Shown here piece by piece: positions 9,141-18,365 of a stretch of DNA of 39,738 bases (position 1 is the first letter of the stretch; every line of letters starts with the position of its first letter). The stretch lies in IMG/VR virus record IMGVR_UViG_2529293069_000032; one strand, written 5' to 3'. Source of the DNA: a virus (lineage: Duplodnaviria > Heunggongvirae > Uroviricota > Caudoviricetes). The notes under the pieces are model-generated. The model had not been told where the DNA came from, searched no databases, and saw nothing but the letters and a program-made list of their open reading frames with translations. Made by a program: the position numbers and the translations under genes.

Positions 9141-9173
9141 ACCGATTAATTAATCAACATAAGGAAAAGCGAC

Positions 9174-10133
9174 ATGAAAATTTGTATCGACGACGGCTCC
9201 ACCAACATCAAGCTGGCATGGACTGAGAACGGCGAACGCCGCAACGCCATCAGCCCGAACAGCTTCAAGTCGGAATGGTCTGCGCCATTCGGTGGCACGC
9301 AGCCCGCGAACTACATGCTTGATGGCGTGCGCTATGGTTTTGATCCGGTCAGCGATCGCTTTGTCCAGACGACCGACACGCAATACCAGTACAGCGATGT
9401 GAATGTAATTGCCATTCATCACGCGCTGGTCAAATCAGGCATCACACCACAGGAAGTGGATGTGGTTGTCACCCTGCCACTGAGCGAGTATTTCGATACA
9501 AACGCACAGCCGGACATGGCCAACATCAACCGCAAAAAAGCGAACGTCATGCGCCCGGTGGAGTACCAGAACGGCGAAGCATTCACTATCCGTAACGTAC
9601 GGGTTATGCCTGAATCCATTCCTGCTGGCTTTAAGGCACTGGCTGACATGAGTCCGTTTGAATCCCTGCTGATTGTGGATTTGGGCGGAACCACGCTGGA
9701 TGTGGCAAAGGTTCAGGGGCAACTGGCAGGTATCAGCCAGGTGTTTTGCGATCCACACGTAGGCGTTTCTCTGATGGCCGATGCCGTACTGTCGGTGATG
9801 GCCACTAACGGTATGCGCACCAGTCACCACATCGCCAATACCATTATCGAACATCGCCATGATGAAGCCTGGCTGCGCCAGCACATCCACAATGACGCGC
9901 ATTACGCCAGCCTGATGGCGGTTATTCGTGAAAAGGAAGAAACACTGAAACAACGCGTGATCCGCGCGCTGGCGGTTTTTTCGGGTTACGGGCGGGTGAT
10001 GGTTGTCGGTGGCGGGGCGGAGATTGTGGCACCCGCTATCCGCGAAGCCTGCGGAGTTAATGCGACTTTCATCGCGGACGGGGTGCCACAGTTTGCTCTG
10101 GTTAATGGGTTGTACGCAATGAACAAGGAGTAA
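9174..10133 (+). CDS. parM: ParM/StbA-family actin-like segregation ATPase
   Basis: 319 aa; N-terminal MKICIDDGSTNIKLAW phosphate-1 motif; ISPNSFK, YSDVNV-A-HHAL, NI-RKKAN, VMPESIPAG, LLIVDLGGTTLD, VMVVGGGAE blocks match recalled R1 ParM. Confidence 0.8.
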   Translation: MKICIDDGSTNIKLAWTENGERRNAISPNSFKSEWSAPFGGTQPANYMLDGVRYGFDPVSDRFVQTTDTQYQYSDVNVIAIHHALVKSGITPQEVDVVVTLPLSEYFDTNAQPDMANINRKKANVMRPVEYQNGEAFTIRNVRVMPESIPAGFKALADMSPFESLLIVDLGGTTLDVAKVQGQLAGISQVFCDPHVGVSLMADAVLSVMATNGMRTSHHIANTIIEHRHDEAWLRQHIHNDAHYASLMAVIREKEETLKQRVIRALAVFSGYGRVMVVGGGAEIVAPAIREACGVNATFIADGVPQFALVNGLYAMNKE

Positions 10134-10137
10134 ACCA

Positions 10138-10452
10138 ATGACGACACCAACCAGACGGATAAGTTTCTATCTGAAGCCCGCCGCCGTCAAGAGTGAACAG
10201 GAGGCGTGCAATTACCTCGATAGCCTGCCAGCCTCCGAACGCAGCCGCGCGCAACGCGCGGCCTTTCTGGCTGGGCTAGCACTCATAAAGCGCAACCCAG
10301 CATTTGCCTACTGGATGGCCGAATGGCCAGAGGACAACCTCCCCTTCAATACCGTTAGCATCAAGGAAACATACCAGGCTAATCAGCCTAGCGGAGTTGA
10401 ATGCAATTTTTATAAAATAAAAAAGAATATTCAGACCTTATTCCCAGAATAA
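10138..10452 (+). CDS. parR: ParR-like centromere-binding adaptor
   Basis: 104 aa directly after parM; N-terminal pattern R-I-F-L-P ... LDSLPASERSRAQRAAFLAGLAL resembles recalled R1 ParR. Confidence 0.55.
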   Translation: MTTPTRRISFYLKPAAVKSEQEACNYLDSLPASERSRAQRAAFLAGLALIKRNPAFAYWMAEWPEDNLPFNTVSIKETYQANQPSGVECNFYKIKKNIQTLFPE

Positions 10453-10500
10453 TCTGATAATTGTATGTGAACTAATAAAATACATACCAACACATCATTC

Positions 10501-10523
10501 TGGCACCCTTGCAACAGGGTGCC
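10501..10523. terminator. Bidirectional hairpin between convergent parR and cargo gene
   Basis: GGCACCC-loop-GGGTGCC inverted repeat in the 82-bp convergent gap. Confidence 0.45.
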
Positions 10524-10534
10524 AATGTTTCAAA

Positions 10535-11377
10535 TCATGATGAAATTGCCGAAGTTTTTTTATCGTGCTGAAGTACCGCAAATGCCATTAAAACCTCAAG
10601 AGAATAGCGGCGATAATACTTAACAAAACCATAATAAAATACTCGGGATGCAGCAAGACAAAACAAGAGAAGAAAACAAAAAGGTAACAGCCTGATATTT
10701 ATATCTATTAAAAAGGATAGAGGGAACAGACATATAAGCAACCAGACTGAAGCGAGAAAAACAAATGTAATGTTTCTACAAAAACCATACAAAGCAACAT
10801 AGTTTTGCATTTTCACCTGATGATTTTTAGAATGCTCATACACATAATGATAAGCAAGGCGAAAAAGATCGCCCCTCAAGCCCTTACGTCGATATAGCGT
10901 AGATACAGAAAAAACATTTATATAACCATCTCGTATTTGCGGCCAAAAGACTTTAATAAGTATAGAATGCAGTGTGGTTTTATGATGTTCTGCTTTATCA
11001 AAAACTGATACAGGAAGTAGAAAAACTCCACGAATAAAATGAACTATACTGAACTTAGTATTATGTCGTTTTATTTTCAGGGGACTTCTTTTAGAAAACA
11101 GATAAATTGAAGGATACCCAAGTTTACTGTTCATATATTTTTCAATTAAACAGGATGATAGAATAGATATGAAGTGACCTGAAATATATGACAGAACAAT
11201 TAATACCACATATATAAACACACTTATTATTTCTTTATATTTCAGGATGTGGTTAAAAACACCTTCTATATAAACAGGGTTAATTTCAATAGAAAACAAA
11301 AAAAGGATAAACAGGAATAACCCACCTGGAATTAGATAGCCCAAAAAGTCATAAAATGAAAACGGATTCTGTGTCAC
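10535..11377 (-). CDS. Polytopic membrane protein (cargo gene 2, unknown function)
   Basis: 280 aa; several hydrophobic helices (FLGYLIPGGLFLFILFLFSI, IISVFIYVVLIVLSYISGHFISIL, NITFVFLASVWLLICLFPLSFLI, LLPFCFLLLFCLAA); AT-rich; GTG start after AGGGGGAAG SD. Confidence 0.7.
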   Translation of the reverse strand: MTQNPFSFYDFLGYLIPGGLFLFILFLFSIEINPVYIEGVFNHILKYKEIISVFIYVVLIVLSYISGHFISILSSCLIEKYMNSKLGYPSIYLFSKRSPLKIKRHNTKFSIVHFIRGVFLLPVSVFDKAEHHKTTLHSILIKVFWPQIRDGYINVFSVSTLYRRKGLRGDLFRLAYHYVYEHSKNHQVKMQNYVALYGFCRNITFVFLASVWLLICLFPLSFLIDINIRLLPFCFLLLFCLAASRVFYYGFVKYYRRYSLEVLMAFAVLQHDKKTSAISS

Positions 11378-11416
11378 ACTTCCCCCTGTGTTACTTGTAA
11401 ATTAAAGGGTAAAACA

Positions 11417-11914
11417 TTATTTGTTTTTCCGTAAAGGATTAGCTTTCCATCTTCTTACTAACCATTCGAATTCTTGATATGTAGTATCCGAATTAATGCT
11501 TTCTCTGATTGCTTTAATTAATGGCTCGGCAATATCATATGTCTCTACAACTGTTGTGTAAGATGTTCTTTTTATCATTTTTTCATCATAAATACCTTCA
11601 CGAATACTTACAGCAACTCGCTCGTAAAAATTTAAAATATATTGAAATTTTCGACGCTCGGCCATTTCCTCATCTGTTATTGTACAACCATCACAAGGAA
11701 AAACATAAGAACGAAATGATTTGCCTGAACGATGCACTTGTTTCAGGGTATGCAATGACTCTATATATTGCATATCTTGCCGACTCTCAAAAAGAAAGTT
11801 AGCCGTTTGAGTTTTCTTTGCGGTACGCACATTGTAGATAATGGTTCCAATGGCAACCAAAACGCCAAGCAGAACAATAGCATTGCTGATGATTTGTAGT
11901 GTTATTGGGTTCAT
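11417..11914 (-). CDS. Single-pass membrane protein with soluble C-terminal domain (cargo gene 1, unknown function)
   Basis: 165 aa; N-terminal helix (LQIISNAIVLLGVLVAIGTIIY) then charged soluble domain; AT-rich; 39 bp upstream of gene 2. Confidence 0.7.
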   Translation of the reverse strand: MNPITLQIISNAIVLLGVLVAIGTIIYNVRTAKKTQTANFLFESRQDMQYIESLHTLKQVHRSGKSFRSYVFPCDGCTITDEEMAERRKFQYILNFYERVAVSIREGIYDEKMIKRTSYTTVVETYDIAEPLIKAIRESINSDTTYQEFEWLVRRWKANPLRKNK

Positions 11915-11933
11915 CCTATTTCATCCATAAAAA

Positions 11934-11955
11934 AGGCGGGGAGCAAATCCCCGCC
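11934..11955. other. GC-rich palindrome GGCGGGGA-GCAAA-TCCCCGCC: minus-strand intrinsic terminator/attenuator or cos-related element
   Basis: 8-bp stem followed by T6 on the minus strand immediately 5' of cargo gene 1; AGGCGGGGA resembles part of the recalled P2/186 cohesive-end sequence. Confidence 0.35.
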
Positions 11956-12111
11956 TCATTAGAGGTCAACGTAGCTTAGAAACCATCAAATTCATCATAC
12001 ATTTTTTTCATATCAACCCCCTCATAGAAATCATAACCACGTTTTGTGGTTTTTGTGACGCATAAACTACATCAAAGGCAAGCTACGGTCAAATATATGG
12101 GCATGCTTACC

Positions 12112-12138
12112 TGCACAAAAGTGCACAAATTTGCACAA
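12112..12138. repeat. Three helically phased TGCACAA direct repeats (10-bp period)
   Basis: TGCACAAAAG TGCACAAATT TGCACAATTT read directly; nearby GGATCCGT x2 at about 12182-12200 and palindrome AAAAAAACGCGTTTTTT at about 12208-12226. Confidence 0.6.
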
Positions 12139-12511
12139 TTTTTTTGAACGACTTTTTGCCCTTCCGGCCCGCGTGGCGGCTGGATCCGTCAGGGATCCGT
12201 GCGTGCACAAAAAAACGCGTTTTTTCTGCGCGCAGGTGACGGGGGAACAGCCCGCGTTTCAGGGGGTAAATAGCATTCCATGAACGATGTCGCAGCGACA
12301 CAACAGAATGGCTGTATTTCTCACACTGAGCGTGAAAAAGACGTGAGGGCTTTTGATTTGATGGGGTGACAGATAAGGCAGTCAAAATCGCACTGAGGCG
12401 GCAAGAACATGCAGTCAACGCGGTGGGATTGCGTAAGAGCCTGATCGTCGATGATGGCGATAAGCTGGAAGACGTCGTGAAATTATCTGATTGATACAGG
12501 AGCTGGAGAGT

Positions 12512-12536
12512 CGGGGCATAAATTTTTTATGCCCCG
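12512..12536. terminator. Hairpin just downstream of portal gene stop (possible terminator)
   Basis: GGGGCATAAA-TTT-TTTATGCCCC perfect 10-bp stem; no clear U-tract. Confidence 0.35.
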
Positions 12537-12562
12537 GCGAAGCAGCAGACAAGCGAAGCGCG

Positions 12563-13609
12563 TCAGGATGTGGGCTGGGTGTCTAACAGTGCGTAAGGGT
12601 TAAAGCGGATCACCTCTTCGCCAAGCCAGTCATTGATGTGCTTCATGGCCTCCATGACGGGCATCAGCTCGTTAATTGCGTAAACCCGCGCGGCCTTCTC
12701 CACATCACCAAACGCACTTTTTTCGCCCGGCATCGCCCCCATCAGTTGCGGCGGAACGCGGTGCGCAGCCAGCACATCATCACGGGATGCCGCCTTAACA
12801 TTCATGAACTCATCCTTTGCGGTGATCTGCTGGAACGGCAAAATTTGCACACCTTCTTTGCCCCCGTTGGGCGCATGGATGAGCACGTTTTTAAACGCAC
12901 CACCACCACGCGCGCCCTGTAACGTTTCTTTCAGGGAGTCCATGCTTTCGCGGTTTACCTGCGCTGCACCAATGTAGATGATGCACCCGGCGTGGGATCC
13001 GTTGTCGTAGTACAGTTTTCTGAACATGTCCGCCGAATGAGAAAGGCTGGCCGAGAGTAATGCGCCAAGATATTCCGGCATGCCGTAGATTTCCTGGTTA
13101 ATATCCGGATTCATCAGATGGCACACTTTACTAGGGCGAAACTGAAACGCGTCCTTGCCATCCTGCACATACCACCATGATTCAAGATCGCTTCCGCGTC
13201 GCATGTATTTCGCCAGGGCGTGCCGTAATTTAAGCGGTTCGCCGAGCATATTGCTTCGAAGCTCAAGGAATGCGTTACCGAACACAAACCAGTCCAGCGC
13301 CAGCGCCGAGAAATCCTGCCGGGAAAGCAGCGGGTGCGGGATGTAGCAACCGAGTAATACATTGCGCTTAAAGTAAAGCGCAGACTGATGCCAGGACGTT
13401 TGCCGGGCAGCTCTTGCCAGACCGTACCAGTCCACCGGGGTTTCATACCACCGCCCGTTATCAGCACAGTACATGTTGTCCAGCAGGTCATGCCCGGTCA
13501 GGCGATAAGGACCATCAAATGTGAATGCACTGAGCGATGATTCTTTCCTGAGCGCATCAGCGAGATCAATGCGTGAACTCATGCGTACTTTTTTATTTTT
13601 TCTGCTCAT
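12563..13609 (-). CDS. Q: Portal protein (P2 gpQ-like)
   Basis: 348 aa (P2 Q about 344 aa); adjacent to and overlapping the start of terminase gene P; canonical Q-P pair. Confidence 0.85.
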   Translation of the reverse strand: MSRKNKKVRMSSRIDLADALRKESSLSAFTFDGPYRLTGHDLLDNMYCADNGRWYETPVDWYGLARAARQTSWHQSALYFKRNVLLGCYIPHPLLSRQDFSALALDWFVFGNAFLELRSNMLGEPLKLRHALAKYMRRGSDLESWWYVQDGKDAFQFRPSKVCHLMNPDINQEIYGMPEYLGALLSASLSHSADMFRKLYYDNGSHAGCIIYIGAAQVNRESMDSLKETLQGARGGGAFKNVLIHAPNGGKEGVQILPFQQITAKDEFMNVKAASRDDVLAAHRVPPQLMGAMPGEKSAFGDVEKAARVYAINELMPVMEAMKHINDWLGEEVIRFNPYALLDTQPTS

Positions 13610-15360
13610 CAGAACTCCATAACCGTGAAACGCTCGTTTTCTCCTTCGCCGCCAATCGGTTCGTTAATGACAGCAAGCATGGTTGCCCACGCAAGGTCGC
13701 CGTGGCTGATCCCCCTCGCGCGGTCCGTTTCGTAAGTGATAAAGCCGCCCGGTGTTTTCACCTTACGCACGGCGTTAAAGGCCGCGACCAGCTCGCGTTC
13801 GGCGCGATCGTATTCCCACCGCCCGGCACGCATTATTTGCAGCATTTTCAGTACCAGCGACCGTTTTGATGACAGCGTGAAGGTGTACGGGATGGCAGCA
13901 GGGAAAAACCGTTTCACTATCTGATAAACAGCCTCCCCGTTCCCGCCCGTCACATCAATGCCGATGTGTTCCACGTTGTAGCGATACGTGAACTCTTCAA
14001 TGACTCTGGCCTGTTCTTCAAACTCCAGCCCCTGAACGCGTCGCGTCTCCACCGTTCGAAAACGGCCACCAGGAACAGCCGGAGGAACCACCACGGACAC
14101 AGCGCCGCTGTCACCGTTGCCACTGCTGCCGTTTGCGTCATACCCAATCCATACCGGACGATTCCCCATCGGGCGGGGAGCAAAAGGTTTCCAGTCTTTC
14201 CAGTCGTCGTATCCGTCAACACCACAGCCAATCAGGATATTCAGGTTAAATGCCGATTCCCCTTCGCGGACAAACTCACACATATAGAGATTGAGGAACT
14301 CGTCTTCGGTGTTTTCATCACGAATTTCGTCGATATCGGTGTGTTTCCAGCCGTGATTAACCACATCTTCCAGCGTGACAATTTGCCGCCACGTCCGGTC
14401 AGGGCAGATAAGCCCGTTATGCAGCGTTTTCCAGTCCACAGAAAAACGCTGGCGTTTATGCGAGGCCTTTTTCTCGTTCCAGCGGTCGCCGTTCCAGTAG
14501 GCGTATGCCTCGTGCGTTTCGGTGGATGGCGTGGAGAAGTAGGTGCGCCGCAGTCCGCTGAGGGTTGCCATAGCGCCAGCCACCTTGCGCAGTTCAGCAA
14601 AGCGACTGACCCAGAAAAATTCATCAAAATAAAAATTGCCCGTATAGGACTGTGCCGACGCAGCAGAAGTGCCGAGAAAATGCAGCTCTGCGCCGTTGGA
14701 GAGGATGATTTTATCGCCCCCTTTCAGCTCCACATCAACTTCAGCCGCGGCCTTCTGAATAATGCTTTTAAACTGGAACGCCTGACGACGCGACGCAGAC
14801 AAAAAAATCTGGTTACGCTGGTAAGGTTGCGCCACATCGTCACGCAGCGCCATCAGCAGAGCTTCCTGTGCAAAATACCAGGTCGCCCCAATCTGTCGGG
14901 ATTTCAGGATCATCCTGTTACGTATCCCGGCTTCCCTGCAAAGAGTCAGGGAGTCAAACCAGCCCCGCTGATGCCACTCCAGCCTGCTGATGATTTTTTC
15001 CCGCAGTGCGGCAATCTGTTCCGGCGTGAAATGATTTTTAAGTTTTTTCGCCCGGCCTTTCTTTCCTGTGGCCGTCGCATCCGGCTGGCCATCATGCAGT
15101 TTTTTAAGCTGCCGGGTCAGCAGGTCTATTTCCTTGAAGTCACCACCTGTTTTATTCTGTTTTTCAGTAAGCTGGATGAGGCGCGCATCGATGGACTGCG
15201 TGACACGCTGCACGGGTGGCGTTTCATCCCACTGGTCGCGTTTTTTCCACGCATAAATCGTGTTCGGGTTTATTCCCATCAGACGTGAGATTTCTGCGGG
15301 CGGATAACCCTGCCAGTAAAGTTGCCGCGCACGCTGGCGCACAAAAGCGTCCTGAATCAT
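13609..15360 (-). CDS. P: Terminase large (ATPase) subunit (P2 gpP-like)
   Basis: 583 aa; N-terminal MIQDAFVRQRARQLYWQGYPPAEISRLMGINPNTIYAWKK typical of gpP; divergent from O. Confidence 0.9.
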   Translation of the reverse strand: MIQDAFVRQRARQLYWQGYPPAEISRLMGINPNTIYAWKKRDQWDETPPVQRVTQSIDARLIQLTEKQNKTGGDFKEIDLLTRQLKKLHDGQPDATATGKKGRAKKLKNHFTPEQIAALREKIISRLEWHQRGWFDSLTLCREAGIRNRMILKSRQIGATWYFAQEALLMALRDDVAQPYQRNQIFLSASRRQAFQFKSIIQKAAAEVDVELKGGDKIILSNGAELHFLGTSAASAQSYTGNFYFDEFFWVSRFAELRKVAGAMATLSGLRRTYFSTPSTETHEAYAYWNGDRWNEKKASHKRQRFSVDWKTLHNGLICPDRTWRQIVTLEDVVNHGWKHTDIDEIRDENTEDEFLNLYMCEFVREGESAFNLNILIGCGVDGYDDWKDWKPFAPRPMGNRPVWIGYDANGSSGNGDSGAVSVVVPPAVPGGRFRTVETRRVQGLEFEEQARVIEEFTYRYNVEHIGIDVTGGNGEAVYQIVKRFFPAAIPYTFTLSSKRSLVLKMLQIMRAGRWEYDRAERELVAAFNAVRKVKTPGGFITYETDRARGISHGDLAWATMLAVINEPIGGEGENERFTVMEF

Positions 15361-15514
15361 TGCTCCCCCTGAGTAATTACAGGAAGATTACCCGCGCGCG
15401 AAACCGTTCTCCTTAACCCCCTGTTCTGGCCGTTTTCTTACAACAAAAGCCCTTTGTATCAGCCTGTTACGCTTTGCCATCATGACTGAAGAACCAGTCA
15501 GAGGGGCAAAAACT
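15361..15514. promoter_or_regulatory. Divergent late promoter region (P-side and O-side operons)
   Basis: 154-bp gap between divergent P and O, as in P2; Ogr-type TGT-N12-ACA dyad not cleanly identified. Confidence 0.4.
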
Positions 15515-16351
15515 ATGGCTAATGAAAAAAAGACATCCCGCAAAAAGTTTCGCGTGGCTGTCTCCGGATCAACCGTTGATGGCCGTGAAATCAGTCCGGT
15601 GCATCTGCGTGAAGCCGCCGAGAACTTCAACCCGGATGTTTACGCTGCCCGCGTGAACGTTGAGCACTATCTCTCGCCATGCCCGTCAAGCGAATTTTCC
15701 GCAATGGGCGATGTCACCGCGCTGAGTACGGAAGACATTACGGAAGGTCCGCTGGCCGGACGTACTGCGCTGTATGCAGAAATCGAACCGACCGAGCGCA
15801 TGAAGCAGCTTGTCGCTGACGGCAAGAAAATCTATTCCAGTATCGAACTGCACCCGCAGTTCTCCGTTAACGGGCGCGCCTATCTGGTCGGGCTGGCGAT
15901 GACCGACACCCCGGCAAGCCTGGGCACTGAGCGCCTGAAATTCACGGCACAGCAACGTCAGGCGGTAATGACGTTCAACAGTGTCCAGGGTGAAGCGCCG
16001 CTTATCTCCGAAGCCATCGAGTCTGAAATCATCGAAATGGCAGAACAACGCCAGGAAGAAGGCACCCAGTGGTTTAACCGCGTAATGGGGATTATTGGCC
16101 GTGGCCGCAAAGCGGATGACGCCAGTTTTTCCCGTATTCAGGAAGCGGTGGAAGGCGTCGCAACGTCACAGGCCGACATTATCGACCGTTTTAATGTGCT
16201 GGAAACCCGCCATCAGCAGGACCGCCAGAAAATTACGTCACTGATCACAGAGCTGACAGCACTGAAGGAAAAACTGCGCACGCAGGACGGCGATCCGCAG
16301 AACCGGTTCACCGCAACGGGCGCAGCCTCCGACCAGCTGGCTGACTTCTGA
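15515..16351 (+). CDS. O: Capsid scaffolding protein (gpO-like)
   Basis: Track ORF 15482-16351; ATG at 15515 (MANEKK...); NPDVYAARVNVEHY motif typical of gpO. Confidence 0.85.
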   Translation: MANEKKTSRKKFRVAVSGSTVDGREISPVHLREAAENFNPDVYAARVNVEHYLSPCPSSEFSAMGDVTALSTEDITEGPLAGRTALYAEIEPTERMKQLVADGKKIYSSIELHPQFSVNGRAYLVGLAMTDTPASLGTERLKFTAQQRQAVMTFNSVQGEAPLISEAIESEIIEMAEQRQEEGTQWFNRVMGIIGRGRKADDASFSRIQEAVEGVATSQADIIDRFNVLETRHQQDRQKITSLITELTALKEKLRTQDGDPQNRFTATGAASDQLADF

Positions 16352-16374
16352 TAAGACAAAGGAGCAAATTTTTT

Positions 16375-17427
16375 ATGAATCTGGTGATGTCAGATATTAC
16401 CCGCAACAAGCTGGGTTGCTATATGGCGCAGCAGGCGTCGCTTAATAATATCCCGGTTTCTGCGCTGGTATCGCGATTTACCGTAGAACCCTCGGTGCAG
16501 CAGCGTTTTGAAAACGCCTCAAAGGAAAGCACCGAATTTACAAAAAGAATTAACGTGATCGGCGTGACCGACCAGAAAGGCGAAAAAATCCTCCTGGATA
16601 CCACAGGACCGATTGCGCGCACGAATACCAGTTATGACGGCACAAAACGCCGTAACCCGAATAACGTGGTTGATCTGAAAAACCGCAAATACCAGTGCGA
16701 ACAGGTGAACTACGACACGTTTATTTCATATCCGCAGCTTGATGCCTGGGCGGCACATCCTGATTTTCAGTCCCGCATCAGCGCACAGATTGCCCGACAG
16801 GTGGCGCTTGACCGCATCATGATCGGTTTCAACGGCACGTCTCACGCGGATGAGTCCAACTTCAGCACCAACAAGCTGCTTCAGGACGTTAACGTGGGCT
16901 GGCTGGAGCACATCAGAACCGACGCCAGCGAGCGCGTTATGAATGACGTGACGCTGACCTCCCGCAACATGGACAACACCGTGGCGCACGCGGGTAAGTA
17001 TGCGAACGCTGATGCACTGGTACAGGACGCACGCTCATCCCTGCTGGATGAATGGCACAAGGAAGCTGACGACCTCGTGGTGATTATGGGGCGCAACCTG
17101 TTTAACTCGCTGCGTCTGCCCGTGCTGAACAGCATCAGCGGCCAGAATCCCAATGCGGAATTACTTGCCGGGCAGCTCATCCTGTCATCGCGCACCATTG
17201 GCGGGCTGGGCGTGTTCCTTGCGCCGTTCTTCCCGGATGCAACGATGCTGATCACCTCGTTCAACAACCTGTCGATTTACTGGCAGAAAGGTTCAATGCG
17301 TCGTCTGATGAAAGACGAACCGGAATACAACCGCATCGCCACCTACCAGTCCATCAATGACGCTTATGTCGTTGAAGACTATGGCAAGTGCGCGATGGTC
17401 ACTGGCCTGAAGTTCGCCGACAGCTAA
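16375..17427 (+). CDS. N: Major capsid protein (gpN-like)
   Basis: 350 aa; FTVEPSVQQ ... GEKI ... YQCEQVNYDTF ... IMIGFNG blocks consistent with P2 N. Confidence 0.9.
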   Translation: MNLVMSDITRNKLGCYMAQQASLNNIPVSALVSRFTVEPSVQQRFENASKESTEFTKRINVIGVTDQKGEKILLDTTGPIARTNTSYDGTKRRNPNNVVDLKNRKYQCEQVNYDTFISYPQLDAWAAHPDFQSRISAQIARQVALDRIMIGFNGTSHADESNFSTNKLLQDVNVGWLEHIRTDASERVMNDVTLTSRNMDNTVAHAGKYANADALVQDARSSLLDEWHKEADDLVVIMGRNLFNSLRLPVLNSISGQNPNAELLAGQLILSSRTIGGLGVFLAPFFPDATMLITSFNNLSIYWQKGSMRRLMKDEPEYNRIATYQSINDAYVVEDYGKCAMVTGLKFADS

Positions 17428-17472
17428 TCAACTCACGGCGGGCATCATGCCCGCCTGTAACGGAGAGAAAAA

Positions 17473-18273
17473 ATGATTACTCCTGCACAGCAACACTGGC
17501 AGAACGTGATGGCACAGCGCGCAGGCCGGGCGAATGAAGGCGTGGACCACGCCGCGCGTACCGCGCATGAAGAGGTGCTGTATCGTCTGCGTCTGGCACA
17601 GGCCCGGCTTAAGGGCGTACAGGCCAGAAGCGCCAAAGCCGCCATCAAAAAAGAGTTGTTGCCGGACTTTTCCGGCTGGATTGAGGGAACGCTGGAGGCT
17701 GACGGCGGGCAGCAGGATGAAGTGATTGCCACGCTGATGGTGTGGGCGATTGACTGCGGCGATCTTCCGCTGGCGCTGCGTATTGGTGCGTATGTGGTCC
17801 GTCACAACCTCATCATGCCGGATAACTTTGGCCGTACTGCTGCCACGGTACTGACCGAAGAAATCTGTAATCCGGTACTGACGCAGGCCGGGACGGATGC
17901 CGACGCGGATTTGTCCGCCTTTATCGAACCACTGGATACCCTCCGGGAGATTGTCACCGACCAGGACATGCCGGACGAAGTGCGCGCCAAATTATGCAAG
18001 GCGTGCGCCTTTGCCCGCCGTGGCCTGACCGATGCGGACAGCATGGCCCTGTCACTGAAGCTGCTGCGCGAAGCGATGCACCTGAACCCGAACGCAGGTG
18101 TGAAACGCGAGATTGCAACCCTTTCCCGCGCCCTGAAAAAAGCCGATTCCGCAGCCGCACCAGAAGATGCCAGCACACCGCAGGCGCAGGACGAAAGCAG
18201 CAAAAGTAAAAAGACAACGCGGAAGCCTGCAACACGAAAAACCACCGCGACGCAGAAGGCGAAGCGCGGTTAA
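17473..18273 (+). CDS. M: Terminase small/endonuclease subunit (gpM-like)
   Basis: 266 aa in conserved O-N-M-L order; basic K/R-rich C-terminus. Confidence 0.8.
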   Translation: MITPAQQHWQNVMAQRAGRANEGVDHAARTAHEEVLYRLRLAQARLKGVQARSAKAAIKKELLPDFSGWIEGTLEADGGQQDEVIATLMVWAIDCGDLPLALRIGAYVVRHNLIMPDNFGRTAATVLTEEICNPVLTQAGTDADADLSAFIEPLDTLREIVTDQDMPDEVRAKLCKACAFARRGLTDADSMALSLKLLREAMHLNPNAGVKREIATLSRALKKADSAAAPEDASTPQAQDESSKSKKTTRKPATRKTTATQKAKRG

Positions 18274-18365
18274 CGACTGACCCCGTCAGCGGGCGGCGTG
18301 CGCGGTGTTCCGGTTTGACTCCGTGACCGTTTACACCGCGCACCCACCGCCCGATTTTTTCAGGA

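Noticed and set aside
11934-11955. Treating the GGCGGGGA...TCCCCGCC palindrome as definitely the cos site
   Set aside because: Only a 9-nt partial match to the recalled P2/186 cohesive end; the hairpin plus T-tract geometry fits an intrinsic terminator equally well, so it is reported as ambiguous.
12107-12418. 103-aa minus-strand ORF in the region upstream of the portal gene
   Set aside because: Covers the repeat-dense putative packaging region, has Arg-rich low-complexity sequence and no ribosome-binding site; more likely non-coding.
13966-15288. 440-aa plus-strand ORF antisense to terminase gene P
   Set aside because: Antisense shadow ORF inside a conserved terminase gene; no start context; compositional artefact.
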